Made by a program: the position numbers and the translations under genes
Shown here: in pieces, positions 1 through 14,600 of the stretch
Position numbering within the stretch: the stretch's first letter is position 1
How the letters are laid out: the number at the start of each line of letters is the position of its first letter
Notes under the pieces: generated by a model
The model's input: the letters and a program-made list of their open reading frames with translations, nothing else
Databases searched by the model: none
What the model was told of the DNA's origin: nothing
Assembly: GCF_963921235.1 (NCBI RefSeq)
Contig: NC_086110.1
Coordinates: 37,696,001-37,760,000 of the forward strand
DNA: 64,000 nucleotides
Reading direction: 5' to 3'
Source of the DNA: Mobula hypostoma
Taxonomy: Eukaryota

Positions 1-1320
1 GTGAAATCATCGGACAAAGTCAGCATGGATTTGTGAAAGGAAAATCATGTCTGACGAATCTCATAGAATTTTTTGAGGATGTAACTAGTAGAGTGGATAG
101 GGGAGAACCAGTGGATGTGGTATGTTTTGATTTTCAAAAGGCTTTTGACAAGGTCCCACACAGGAGATTAGTGTGCAAACTTAAAGCACACGGTATTGGG
201 GGTAAGGTATTGATGTGGATGGAGAATTGGTTAGCAGACAGGAAGCAAAGAGTGGGAATAAACGGGACCTTTTCAGAATGGCAGGCAGTGACTAGTGGGG
301 TACCACAAGGCTCAGTGCTGGGACCCCAGTTGTTTACAATATATATTAATGACTTGGATGAGGGAATTAAATGCAGCATCTCCAAGTTTGCGGATGACAC
401 GAAGCTGGGTGGCAGTGTTAGCTGTGAGGAGGATGTTAAGAGGATGCAGGGTGACTTGGATAGGTTGGGTGAGTGGGCAAATTCATGGCAGATGCAATTT
501 AATGTGGATAAATGTGAAGTTATCCACTTTGGTGGCAAAAATAGGAAAACAGATTATTATCTGAATGGTGGCCGATTAGGAAAAGGGGAGGTGCAACGAG
601 ACCTGGGTGTCATTATACACCAGTCATTGAAAGTGGGCATGCAGGTACAGCAGGCGGTGAAAAAGGCGAATGGTATGCTGGCATTTATAGCAAGAGGATT
701 CGAGTACAGGAGCAGGGAGGTTCTACTGCAGTTGTACAAGGCCTTGGTGAGACCACACCTGGAGTATTGTGTGCAGTTTTGGTCCCCTAATCTGAGGAAA
801 GACATTCTTGCCATAGAGGGAGTACAAAGAAGATTCACCAGATTGATTCCTGGGATGGCAGGACTTTATTATGATGAAAGACTAGATGAACTAGGCTTGT
901 ACTCGTTGGAATTTAGAAGATTGAGGGGGGATCTGATTGAAACGTATAAAATCCTAAAGGGATTGGACAGGCTAGATGCAGGAAAATTATTCCCGATGTT
1001 GGGGAAGTCCAGAACGAGGGGTCACAGTTTGAGGATAAAGGCGAAGCCTTTAAGGACTGAGATTAGGAAAAACTTCTTCACACAGAGATTGGTGAATCTG
1101 TGGAATTCTCTGCCACAGGAAACAGTTGAGGCCAGTTCATTGGCTATATTTAAGAGGGAGTTAGATATGGCCCTTGTGGCTACGGGGATCAGGGGGTATG
1201 GAGGGAAGGCTGGTGCAGGGTTCTGAGTTGGATGATCAGCCATGATCATAATAAATGGCGGTGCAGGCTCAAAGGGCCGAATGGCCTACTCCTGCACCTA
1301 TTTTCTATGTTTTCTATGTT
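1..1320 (+). mobile_element. CR1 LINE, RT region and 3' end (young copy; 5' part lies outside the window)
   Basis: Uninterrupted 397-aa RT ORF ([23 protein letters not shown]) and (TTTCTATGT)n-type tail. Confidence 0.95.
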
Positions 1321-2239
1321 TTGATCTGTTCCCCTGAACTACTACTCCTTGTATGTAGTATTTAATTAAATCAGCCACAAACCCCTGATCCCACAGAGCT
1401 GTCATAATCAAAAAATATTTTAATGTAGAAAACCTCATTGAAGTGAGAGAACTCCAGACTAGCCGCTTTAGCTTTGACTTAGTTTTCAGCTTCCCCTTGC
1501 CTTATGGCTTTAAAGGTGAATTAGGCTTTTTTGATTAAAATTAACTTCAAAGTAATATTTGTACTGTTAGCCTTTGGTAATAAGTCCATTTACATAGTAC
1601 CTTCAATGTAGCATAAATTCCTGAGGAAGATTAGCAGAAAGGAAAAAAAATAATGCTCAACCATACAGAGTTATCAATGTAATTGATCAAAATTTTGGTC
1701 AGAGATGTGGATTTTAAGGAACTCCTTAAAAGGAGGAAAAAGAAGTAGGTGTTGAAGAGGGTTAGAGAGGGAAGTAATTTTAGGGACTAGTGTGCACACA
1801 GCTGAAGCATAGCTACAAGTGGTGGAGTGGTTTAATTCATGGATGAGTAAGAAATCAGAATTACAGAAGGCAGTTGTCTTAGCAAAATACAAGACTGGAA
1901 CAAGATACGAAAAGTAGGAAGAGGAGACATAGGAGGGATATGGAAACAAGTATGAGAAGGTTGAGGTAAAGGTTGCTGAACCAGGAAACCTGACTAGTCA
2001 GCAAACAGAAAGATGATGGCCGAAATAAGACTTGCTGCAATTTAGGAGATGGCATGAAGTTTTGTATAATATAATTTATTGAAATTTGAATGAGAAGGCT
2101 GCCGAGAAGTGCTTTGAAACAGAGATAGAGGATGAACTGGGCAGGACACTTGGAAACTGGAAATAATTTGGAAGGTGTGTAGCTTGGGTGGTTGATGGTT
2201 GGGTTGAGTTGTTCTCCATTCATGGCAATTTACTTGCAA

Positions 2240-2670
2240 ATATATCGTCACTATGCGAGGAGACATTGCCAGTGCACTGTTAATTTTGGTGTGTCCTCCG
2301 AATGCTTGGCCTTTAGGTACTTTTCAATCAGCTGATTGGACATCATTTTAGAAACTCAATTGTGGGGAGGAAATCTCGTCACTGAATGGCTTGGGGCAAA
2401 CTTCGTGCATTATGGTCTGGATTTTTGCGCACATCGGCTTATAAATAGGATTGGGGTCTACGTGTTTGCTTTCATGGTCGTATATTTCACCTTAAGCATT
2501 CATGGAGGAAGAAGGGTTGCTCCCGTGCGGAGGCTTGCCTACAGGCGATGTTCTCCCAACTAAGCATCAGTGAAAGTCACGGTGCAAGCGAACACGCGGC
2601 ATTCAAGAAAATTTCTAGAAGTGTGGTTTTCCGCGAACAATTCTGTAAACAAACACGTAGGCCTCAATTC
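2240..2670 (+). promoter_or_regulatory. CpG-richer unique region around candidate exon 1 (possible promoter/first-intron regulatory region)
   Basis: Many CpG dinucleotides (e.g. ccgtgcggag, cacggtgcaagcgaacacgcggc, ccgcgaac) against AT-rich, CpG-poor flanks. Confidence 0.35.
2253..2316 (+). CDS. Candidate exon 1, signal peptide [21 protein letters not shown]
   Basis: ATG at 2253, hydrophobic core [10 protein letters not shown], phase-1 donor TTAG|GTACTT matching the phase-1 V exon. Followed by a CpG-richer stretch. Confidence 0.6.
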
Positions 2671-5600
2671 TATCTATGAGCCAATGTGGGCAAAATGGCA
2701 CACCTGAATACTATTTTAAATTTGATTTCACATTATAATGTACTTTCTGTTTTTTATCTTCTCTCCACGCATCCCCCAAACATCTTGCAACCATAGTAAT
2801 TCCAAAGCAAAATAACATTTTCAGTGTGGAAGTCGATGGATTTGTCTCCTATATCTACGGCAATATGTTTCAACTGAGATCAAGTGAACGCTCTGTGAAG
2901 AAGTTTAAAGGAAAAGGAAGCATAGACCTTTAAGTCAAAGGAAGAATCACTGGTGCACTTTATCAAATACAGCATTGACCTCTTGATTCAGCATTGCAAG
3001 AAACAATGGAACCCTGTATGTTTGGCTCAATCAGCATGAACATGACACAATTGGGATGTTTAAAATCTTGTATAACAATCGTCAAATCATTGCTTTTAAA
3101 TATTTGGCAATGAAAGGATTTTCCAGAACGTTAGATAAATGTGTTCTCATTTGTAATCCTTACAAACTATGAATGAATACAGATAATTTTCTTTTAAAGC
3201 TGTGGTAAGTTTATCACAATGTTCAACAGCAGAAATTAAATTAGTTCTATGGGTAATTTGCATTTAGGTATTTGTGGCAAATATATATGTCACAGTGCAC
3301 TTCACAATGAGGAAGAAATATACCTTGGACCAATAAAGCAATCATTAGGAGTGTGAGTAAACTTGGTTAGAGTTATGTGTTTTAAAGAGGTTTTTAACAT
3401 GGATGTTGAAAGAGCTGTAAAATATGGATGCATTTGAGGGTGGCAAGTTTGAAGATAGAGAACCTGTGTGTTCAGAGAGGAATATGACCCAGAAGGAGTT
3501 CATAATGCAGAGAGGATAAAGTATAAGGAGGAATTTAAACACTTTAAAATTGACAGAATGATCTATGAAGAAATTGAACATCAGGGTAGGTAAAATGATA
3601 GACAAGTGGAACTGGTTCAGGTTCGAATGTGGAAAAGAAGCAATTTTTGATAGATTACAGTAACAGGGTAGAGGCTGGGGAGAAGAGACTGAAAGAGGAA
3701 CGGTAGAGCAAGTTTGAAAGTGACACCTGTAGCTGGTTGTCTCAGCATCTGATGGGGAATGTTACAGAGATAGGGTCTTTGTGACAGAGATGATAGAAAA
3801 TCTGGTTTACTGTGTCAATGAGAATATTGAGACTGAGAATGGTGGGGCTTAGCCATAAATATCACATGAAATCCTACTTAATAGGAAGAAACTCGATGTT
3901 TGTCGCTGTTGCTGAATACATTGTGGTTTATGAATCATTTCAATGATGTAATACTTAGGGGAAATAATTTACCAAAAAACAAATTAATTTGACATTTTAC
4001 TGCAATAGATGCATCATTAGAAAAAGAGTGTTACAATAATGAAAAGTCCTGCTTTCACTGTCTTGCAACAGATTGACTATTTGATGAAAACATTCATCAT
4101 CTCATAGCAAAGGGAAGTTTCTGAACTAGTTCATTTGCCGTATTTGGCATATAAGGATAATAATTACACAAGTCTGAGAGAAGTAGATGGTCAAAGAGCA
4201 GTAAAATCATAGTAGTTCATAAAGAAAAAGTTTTAAAAGAATTGGAAATAACTTACTGCTGAAATTACATGAAATGCTGCTGAGTGAAAATGTATATTTC
4301 ATAGTAAGGACATTCTAATGTTTGATCATATTGCAGATGAGTGAAAATATGAATCAGAAGCAGGTTTATTATCACTGTCTTGTATGACATGAAATTTGTT
4401 TTGCAGCAGTACAGTGGAAAGAAATTTTTTTAAAAGATTATAAATTACAAAATAAATATTGTTTTAAAAAAAAGGGAATAACCCAGCAGAGTTCTTGGAC
4501 TGTTCTGAGATCTGATGACAAAATTCCTCATTGCCTAGAAGCAGTTCATATATCTATGGTTTGTTATGCACTTGGATTTTCCCATGGAGTTCACAAGTAA
4601 AATCCAAATGAAGTAAACAAGAATACTGAATAAAAATGTCTTCAAATTGTCATCATTTGACATTCCAGAAAATGAATCTAAAAGTAGGATAATTTCGTAA
4701 TTTAAGGTTGTTCATGTGGAATATAATGTATTAAAAACTGCCAGCTGATTTTAGGAAAATTTAACCCATTGCCTGGTAATTTTTTAAATACCTCTAATTG
4801 GGTACCGAAAACATGTTTTTGTCAAATATGAATAATGCGTATTTAGGAGCACTGAATGAAGAAGAGGATTTTGTTATAATGGAAATTGGATTGCCTGGGA
4901 GGCCTGAGATGCTGTTGTGGGAAATGGACAGAATACTTGAGGGGAAGTGGTGTGAAGCAGATCTCCATCCTTGCCAATTACCAACAGGACTGCCAGTTAA
5001 TACAAGTTGCTTCTATTTCAGCAATGGATCTTGGAACTGTAAGGCGCTGGTGGTCTCTTTTCCACACACTGATTAGAATTCTGAGGAGAAAGGAACATAA
5101 TGAAAGCTGACAAGATCCTTACTTAAGTCCCTTGTTCAGACCTCAGCTTCACGTGAATGGTAGTGTGAGCAAAGCAGGTAGAGTTAATGAGGTTAGAGCA
5201 CATAGAATCAGGGGTAATATGCCAATATGGGCAAAGAATTGTCATCAAAATGAAAGCTAAAAGTGAGAGTAAATGAATGCTTCTTAGGTTGGCAGACTGA
5301 CTATTCTGCAGAGAATGCACTTGTGCCCTAGCTGTGCTCAATCTATCTAAATATTTGGCTGAAGGGTCCAAACATCACATTTCCAAGTTTGCTGAAGGTA
5401 ATAAACAAAGGGGATAGAATATAATATGGAAAAATATGAGATGATCCATTTAGGTAAATGACAGATGGGTAGAGCATTGAAAAGTGTGAAACTGGGTCAT
5501 GTTCATGTTCAAAGGAACTTTGGTGATCAATTCACTGATGACCAACATACAAGTACAGCAACAGTTAGGACAAACCTTATGTTATCCATTATAAAGAGGA

Positions 5601-8600
5601 TGTGATTACAAGAACTAAAAAGGGCTTATTGCAATTGCAAAGGTGTTGCTGAAACCCCCCACATGGAGTGTTGGGTATAATTTTGGCATGGAACAGTGCA
5701 GCATGGATTCACTGAAATAGTTCTATGGATGGCAGCGTCTCATATGAGGAGAGATTGAATGGACCGTGACTATATTATCCAGAGTTTAGAGAAATCAGAA
5801 GGGAAGCGAGTCGTATTACTTTCTTGAAAAGCATGCCAGGCTAAATTCAGGGAGAATATTTGCTGCAACTGACCATTGTGCGGAGTTGACAATAAGATGC
5901 AAGCCAATGAGGACTGAGATGAAACAGTTCTTCACTCGGGAGAAGGTAAGTCCAGAGGGATGAGGAAACCTTGTCAGTGAGTACATTCTAATCAGAAATC
6001 AATCATAACGATCAGATGGCTAACGTATATTCTTACCACTCCAGCACCAGCCCCTCACCCCTGTTTAGAAGACTGTGCGTACATTCTTTTATGGATATTT
6101 GCTGAAGTTAATAGAGGTAATTACAATGGTTGTGGTCACAGAACCTGAGACTAGAGGTTGACATTTTAGAAAGATGAAGTAACAGTTACTTTGTGAGAAT
6201 CAAATGCTTTGCTTCCTTATATAATCAGGGTTGTGAATGCTGTTGAGTGCTGGCAAATGAAGAGTGCTTGACAGCTATTCCAAGCATGCATTCTCACTAG
6301 GGTTACCAGCATTGCATGAAAATTGTGATCCTTTAAAAATTCACACATTCCCCTTTCAAATATTTTCTAGCAACACATAAAAAATGCTGGAGAAACTCCA
6401 CAGGCCTGGCAGCATCTATGGAAAAAGAGTACAGTTGACGTTTCTGGCCAATATCCCTCAAGACTCAGAAAAAGATGAGGAGTCAGAGTAAGAAAGTGGG
6501 GGGAGGGGAGGAAGAACCACAAGGTGATAGGTGAAACCGGGTGGGGGAGGGGTGAAGTAAAGAGCTGGGAAGTTGGTGAAAGAGGTACAGGGCTGGAGAA
6601 GGGGGAATCTGATAGGAGCAGACAGAAGGCCGTGGAAGAAAGAAAAGAGGGAGGTGATAGGTGAGAAGGTAAGGTGAGAGGGAGAAATGGGAATGGGGAA
6701 TGGTGAAGGAGGAGGGAGAGTGGGCATTGCTGGAAGTTTGAGAAATTTATGTTCATGCCATCAGGTTGGAGGCTACCCAGACCAAATATAAAGTGTTGCT
6801 GCTCCAACCTGCGTGTGGCCTCATCACGACAGTACAGGAGGCCATGGACTGATATGTGGGACTGGGAAGTGGAATTCAAATAGTTGGCCACTGGGAAATC
6901 TCGCTTTTCCTGGCAGACAAAGCGTAAGTGCTTAGCAAAACGGTCTCCCAATCTGCGTCAGATTTTCTAGTCATTTTGAGGTACAGCACAGAAATAGGTT
7001 TTTCAGCTCACAGAGCCCATGCCAATCATCAACCATTCATTTACAGTGGTCCTACATAAATCCAATCTTCTCCACATTCTCATCAGCTCTCCCAGATTAA
7101 ACCATTTCCTTGACACAAAGGACAATATACAGTGGCCGATTAACCTACATACCTACACGTTTGTGCCGTTGGATGAATCTGGAGGACCTAGAGGAAACCC
7201 ATGTAGTCACATGGAGAATGTGTGAACAACATTCAGACAGGACCCAAGGATCTTCGGCACTGTGAGGCAGTAACTCCACCAAATGCACCACTGTGTCACC
7301 CTAAACTGCTCAGCTTTTGCTTCTGAAACTACTTCAACTAATGCATGTTCACTGCCTATTTTTCCTGATGGCATTCCATTTACAGCCTTTTTATGGATTG
7401 ACTTTAAGGAAGTTTCTTTCCAGCCTTAATTTAACATTAATGTTTCTATACAATATATCCATAATCTGGCCAAATCTATTGTTTACTGTGACCATTCTGA
7501 ATTTAATGTTTTTGTAATGAATTGCACTGATCAATCAGTTCTTTGATCTGAGTTAAAGTGGTTTTTTCTTCTTCCTGTATGCAGTAATGTTTCTAAATTA
7601 AAGGCAAAGTTTCATGGTATTTGGCAATGTCATTTCTTTTTATTTTAAAATATACAGTAAAATATATCAATTATTGTTTAGTTATATCACATCGCATAAA
7701 TAATCCTGCCCTACATATTTTGAAAACATTGCCCCTTTAATTTTCCCATTTCAAAATCTTTCTGGTTTCAGTTTCTGTTTTCCAAATTCTCTTGTGACAG
7801 TTAAGATGAGGTCGTGTGCATTGTTTTTACTTCTACAAAATGGCCTTCAAGCTAAGAGGAAAAATGAACTGTTTGCTGATTGATCTGATGATATTTTACA
7901 TTCTCTCTTTAGTGGGTAAGTGGATATCTCCAGTTAAATGCAGCTAATGAGGTACTGCAAGCAAATTTTACAACAAAGGACTTGTATGTTAGGCCTGGAA
8001 TCTTCTCTGTAAGGGCTGTTCAGGTACACTGCTAAACTTCCTGGTTATTTTAACTTGAAAGGGAAAATCTACATTCTTGTATGCTCCGATACCAAATCAC
8101 TATCAATGTTTGTTCTGTGAGTGAAAGGGAAGGGGAGAACAGGGGTGTGCTGAATGTAGACTTTGATTAACTCTTTGAGGTGCAGTCAGATTTGAACATA
8201 GAATAGTACAGCACAGTACAGGCCCTTCGGCCCACAATGTTGTGCCGACCCTCAAACCCTGCCTCCCATATAACCCCCCACCTTAAATTCCTCCATATAC
8301 CTGTCTAGTAGACTCTTAAACTTCACTAGTGTATCTGCCTCCACCACTGACTCAGGCAGTGCATTCCACACACCAACCACTCTCTGAGTAAAAAAACCTT
8401 CCCCTAATATCCCCCTTGAACTTCCCACCCCTTACCTTAAAGCCATGTCCTCTTGTATTGAGCAGTGGTGCCCTGGGGAAGAGGCGCTGGCTATCCACTC
8501 TATTCCTGTAATTATCTTGTACACCTCTATCATGTCTCCTCTTATCCTCCTTCGCTCCAAAGAGTAAAGCCCTAGCTCCCTTAATCTCTGATCATAATGC

Positions 8601-11600
8601 ATACATTCTAAACCAGACAGCATCCTGGTAAATCTCCTCTGTACCCTTTCCAATGCTTCCACATCCTTCCTATAGTGAGGTGATCAGAACTGGACACAGT
8701 ACTCCAAGTGTGGCCTAACCAGAGTTTTATAGAGCTGCATCATTACCTCGCAACTCTTAAACTCTATCCCTCGACTTATGAAAGCTAACACCCCATAAGC
8801 TTTCTTAACTACCCTATCCACCTGTGAGGCAACTTTCAGGGATCTGTGGACATGTACCCCAAGATCCCTCTGCTCCTCCACACTACCAAGTATCCTGCCA
8901 TTTACTTTGTAGTCTGCCTTGGAGTTTGTCCTTCCAAAGTGTACCACCTCACACTTCTCTGGGTTGAACGCCATCTGCCACTTCTCAGCCCACTCCTGCA
9001 TCCTATCAATGTCTCTCTGCAATCTTTTGACAATCCTCTACACTATCTACAACACCCCCAACCTTTGTGTCGTCTGCAAACTTGCCAACCCACCCTTCTA
9101 CCCCCACATCCAGGTCGTTAATAAAAATCACGAAAAGTAGAGGTCCCAGAACAGATCCTTGTGGGACACAACTAGTCACAATTGTTTCAGTTTTTGTTAG
9201 GCCAAATCTATGCAAAGGTTGGCAATCTGTCAGACTGGATGAGAAACTTGCAATGTTTTTCTTCAGTTTCTGGTTTTTAATAGGTCCATTCTGGGAGTTT
9301 TAAGTACAGCCCATACTTCTGATCATGTGTCTACAAGACCAAAGGAGTAGATTGCCACACTGCTAACAAACACCTTCTGCCTGGGTACTAGATTCTTGGT
9401 TGCACCTTTACCTTGTGAACTGTCCGAGTTACAAACAATCTGTAGAAATGACCCTACCATAACCCGGGGAAAATCTGCATTATGGATTACTGTTTTTTTC
9501 TACTTTATTGGTATCACTGGCAAGAAGAGCATATATTACACAGCTCTTATTGTCCTTGAGAAGGTGGTAGTTGTGTTATGTGTGTACATAATAAAGAACT
9601 TCAGTTCCTAATGTGCAATACAGGTGGTTCACCCCAGAACCAGAAGTGACATTGATGTGCTGGTGGCACACACTCAGGTCGACCAGAAGCCATTCTGTAG
9701 ATAAATATGTGTTTTACCCATTCTGAGTTTGTCAAGAACAAACATAATATGGATTCAGAAGCGTGATCTGAACCCAAACTTAATTATATCCAAACCACAG
9801 AATGACTGTCCCATGAGGATACAGTGCATGTTGATAAGGCTGCAGAAATATAAGATGACCTACACAACGGGAAAATGTATATTTGCTGCTGATGTGCTTC
9901 CTGAGCAGTCAACAAGAAAGAAAAGAGTGACCAAGAGATTCATGCTGATATGGAGGTCTATGTTGACATGACTGTAGCCTCTATTCCAGTATCTCCCCAT
10001 TGAACAGATGAGATTAGGACAGCAGCAGGAACAAAAACAATGAAGGTACTCAAAAACACAATACAGAAAGGATGGCCAGCAAATAAAAATGACGGTCCAA
10101 TGTGTATTCAGGATTATTGGGTGTGCAGAGCTGAAATGTCAGCAGTGGAAGATACGGTCTTCAAAGGGAACAGGTTTGTGAATCCAGTGTCACTACACAT
10201 GGAAATGCTCCAAAAGATACATGAAGGGCATCTTGGTGAAGAGAAATGTAAATGTAAAGCTTGTGAAGTGATGTGCTGGCCAAGAATGAACTGAGACATT
10301 AGCCAGACCACAGCTTCATGTGAGATGTGTCTTATCTACAGACTAAAGCAGAAAGTAGAACCACTTACACTACACCCTGTAGCAGACAGGCTGCAGTTCA
10401 AAGTTGAAGTGGATTTGTTTGAATATTAGGGGAAGAGTCATACTGTTGTAAGAGACAACTTATCCAATTACCCAGAAATTCAACACTGCAATCAACATCT
10501 TGTAAAGCGGTTGTCACCTTCCTGAAAGCTGTGTTTGTGAGGCATGGAGTTCCATGTGAAGTGGTATCCGACAAGGGTCCACAATTTTCGAGCAGTGAAT
10601 TTGAGTTCTTTGCCAACAATTGGGGGACTTAACATATAACTTCAAGCCCACATCACCCAAAATCTAATGGCCAAGTAGAGAGTGTGGTCAAGGTAGTGAA
10701 GGGCCTCATGAAGATTGCGGAAGATGAACAAGAGGACTTCCTCAACAGTCCAATGATTTACAGAAGTGTACCGCTGTAGAATGGCCTTTCACCAGCCCAA
10801 ATGCTGGTGGTCAACACATGCACTAATCTATCAGTGAATGAAAACCTGTTGACACCTAAAGGAGCACACAAGGTCAAACAGAAACAGTATCACGACAAGA
10901 CTGCAAAAAGCCTACCAGTCCTGAAGCCTGCAAATCAAGTATGAATCTGAGATCACAATTCCAACACATGGTCCATGCAAGAGGAAGTTGCTCCACATCC
11001 CTACCAGAGACCCAGATGGAGTAGGAATACTAAGAAGGAACCGTTTGGATCTATGACCACAAGGCCCGACCCATAGCTGTGACACGCCACATGTTAGAAC
11101 ACCAAAGGGGCCAGCATATGTGAAAAAATAAACTTGTTGATCAGAGTTTTCAGAAACACACTAATAATAACGTAGCAAAGGAAGGCAATACATTTGTGAA
11201 AATAAATAGCAGACCAAAATGGATCACCAGACCAGTGCAGAGACTGACTGAAAGGTGTTCAGTGAATAAGAGACTATTTGCTCATTACAACCGAGGTTAA
11301 TGTAAGCATCTTTGTAGAATGCATTATTGTTTCTTGCAGGTTTATGAGGACATAGTATTGTGTTTGTTTTTTTTAAAGGGGTAAGATGTGTTATTATGTG
11401 TATACATAGTAAAGAACGTCAGTTCCCAATATGTAATGCGGGCAGTTCACCCCAGGACCAGAAGTGATGTTAGTGAACTGGTGGCATGCACTTGTGTCGA
11501 GCAGAGCCATTCTGTCAATAAAAATGTGTTGGTTTTACCCAAGCTAAGTTTATCTTTGATCAAGAACAAACATAACAGTAACGCGCCAGTTTGTGGAACC

Positions 11601-14600
11601 GCTGTAATCCTTCTAGGGAAGGAAAGCTATGTGGGTCTTGCTCATAACAGCTGCATAACATTATTAAACAGAGCACAAAGACGTAAGCAGCAGAATTCTA
11701 TTATCATAGACTTTGCAGTGGGTAGTTTAGCAGAATAACATTTGGGCTGGCATCCTGAGTCCACTGAGGAATTTGAAGCCCACTGTCTGGGAATCCAGCA
11801 GTCCACTAGAGGCTGGAGACTTGAGACCAGAGATGGCCTGTCATAGTGTTGGAGGACAGTGTGGCTGGGAGCAAGAAATGGGGCATGTTTTGTTGCTTGT
11901 TTTGTGTTATTCTGCCCAATATGATCAGCTTGCTATGTTGGCACTAGAATGTGTGGCTGCCCCAGCACATTCTTAGGTTGTATTGGCTGTTAACACATAT
12001 GATGTATTTCACTGATGTACATGTGATAAATAAATTTATGTCAATCAACAAATTGTTTTATGTTTCAATTTCTAATAGGCAAAATTTATAATGTGAAGGT
12101 CTTCTTTTCTATCATTTAGAAAAATATGGCTTTTTGAGGATAATGCATGGTGAGGAAGTGGAGCTGGAAATAGGCTTTCCAAATGTACTGGTAATTTTTT
12201 TTGAAAGGGAACTAATCAAATAAATTGAACCACATTAAAGAGGAACAACAAAATAAACAATGGCTGCTCTGAAATTATACTGCATGGTAATAATTTAACC
12301 ATATATAACCATATAACAATTACAGCACTGAAACAGGCCCTTCTAGTCCGTGCCGAACTCTTACTCTCACCTAGTCCCACCGACCTGCACTCAGCCCATA
12401 ACCCTCCATTCCTTTCCTGTCCATATATCTATCCAATTTAACTCTAAGTGACAACATCGAACCTGCCTCAATCACTTCTGCTGGAAGCTCGTTCCACACA
12501 GCTACCACTCTCTGAGTAAAGAAGTTCCCCCTCATGTTACCCCTAAACTTTTGTCCTTTAACTCTCAACTCATTTCCTCTTGTTTGAATCTCCCCGACTC
12601 TCAATGGAAAAAGCCTATCCATGTCAACTCTATCTATCCCCTTCATAATTTTGAACACGTCTGTCAAGTCCCCCCTCAATCTTCTACGCTCCAAAGAATA
12701 AAGACCTAACTTGTTCAACCTTTCTCTGTAACTTAGGAGATGAAACCCAGGCAACATTTTAGTAAACCTCCTTTGTATTCTCTCAATTTTATTCACATCT
12801 TTCCTATAATTCGGTGACCAGAACTGTACACAATACTCCAAATTTGACCTTACCAATGCCCTATACAATTTCAACATTACATCCCAACTCCTATACTCAG
12901 TGCTCTGATTAATAAAGGCCAGCATACCAAAAACTTTCTTCACCACCCTATCCACATGAGATTCCACCTTCAGGGAACTATGCACCATTATTCCTAGATC
13001 CCTCTGTTCTACAGAATTCTTCAATGCCCTACCATTTACCACGTATGTCCTATTTTGACTAGTCCTTCCAAAATGTAGCACCTCACATTTTTCAGCATTA
13101 AACTCCATCTGCCATCTTTCAGCCCACTCTTCTAACTGTCCTAAACCTCTCTGCAAGCTTTGAAAACCTTCCTCATCATCCACAACACCACCTATCTTAG
13201 TATCATCTGCATACTTACTAATCCAATTTACCACCCCATCATCCAGATCATTAATATATATGACAAACAACACCGAGTACAAATCCCTGAGGCACACCGC
13301 TACACACTGTCCTCCAATCTGACAAACAGTTATCCACCACTACTCTCTGGCATCTCCCATCTAGCCACTGCTGAATCCATTTTACTACTTCCATATTAAT
13401 GCTTAACGATTGAACCTTCCTAACTAACCTTCCATATGGAACCTTGTCAAAGGCCTTACTGAAGTCCATATAGACAACATCCACTGCTTTACCCTCGTCA
13501 ACTTTCTTAGAAACCTCATCAAAAAATTCAATAAGATTTGTCAAACATGACCTTCCACGCACAAATCCATGTTGACTGTTCCTAATCAGACTCTGTCTAT
13601 CCAGATAATTATATATACCATCTCTAAGAACACTTTCCATCAATTTACCCACCACTGACGTCAAACTCACAGGCCGATAATTGCCAGGTTTATTCTTAGA
13701 ATAAATTTAATTTAAAATGATAATTTAAAATCAATGTAACCCAAAGTTAGCATTTTCAGTTGAATTTGTATCAGTTGCAAATTAAATTAAACACTTCCAT
13801 TGGGATGTGTAAAATGGCACCTGATGTTTCCCAGCTCTTCGTGACAATTCATGTTTTACACCTTCCTGACATAAAGTGTAAGGTTTATGTAGCATGAAGT
13901 TCCCCTGGAGACTTGTGGCCCCAATCCAATACAAACATTTTGTATTTCTTAGCCATGAAGCTGATAGGAATTACATTTTTTTCAGTAGAATTTTACAAAC
14001 CAATTATTCTTTTTTAACCAATTAATGATTTGTTGTCAATCAAAAAACTATAGATGCTGGTAATCTGAAAAAGGACACAAAATGATGGAAACTCAGGTAG
14101 CATCTGTGAGGAGAAAAAGAATAGACATTTGTCAAGGCTGATAAACTGACATGTTTTAAAACTTATTTCATTTTGCACTTTCATCTTTTTAATATAGCTA
14201 CATTGGATTTGGAAGTCAGCCCAACAGTGTTGGATGCCACAATTGGTGAAGAAGTCCTACTAAGTTGCTTATTTTCTCACACCACTAAACTTGACCTGAG
14301 CTACATTGTGATCGAGTGGAACCAGAGAACAGGAGATAATGAGAAGGCTATTTGCCTGTTTGAGTTTGGAGAATATGAAATCTATAGACCTGGATCAAGT
14401 CTCTCTTTAAGCGAAATAAGCAAAGGAAATGCATCTTTACTCCTAAAAAATGTTACTATTAGTGACATTGGATCATACTCCTGTACAGTTACAATATTTT
14501 CTGATAAAAAAGTGGGGAGAGTTACTTTGTCGATTTCAGGTGAGTACAGAGATAATACCTGAAATCTGTCAAAACTGTGTTAGCTGAAAACTGGAAATGT

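Noticed and set aside
134-838. Antisense and alternate-frame ORFs over CR1 copies (also 44153-44602, 45445-45864 and similar)
   Set aside because: Shadow ORFs of LINE RT sequence with no independent coding signal.
1560-2200. Purine-rich segments at 1560-2200 and 3330-3800
   Set aside because: Probably very old L2-like remnants; too decayed to call with confidence and not coding.
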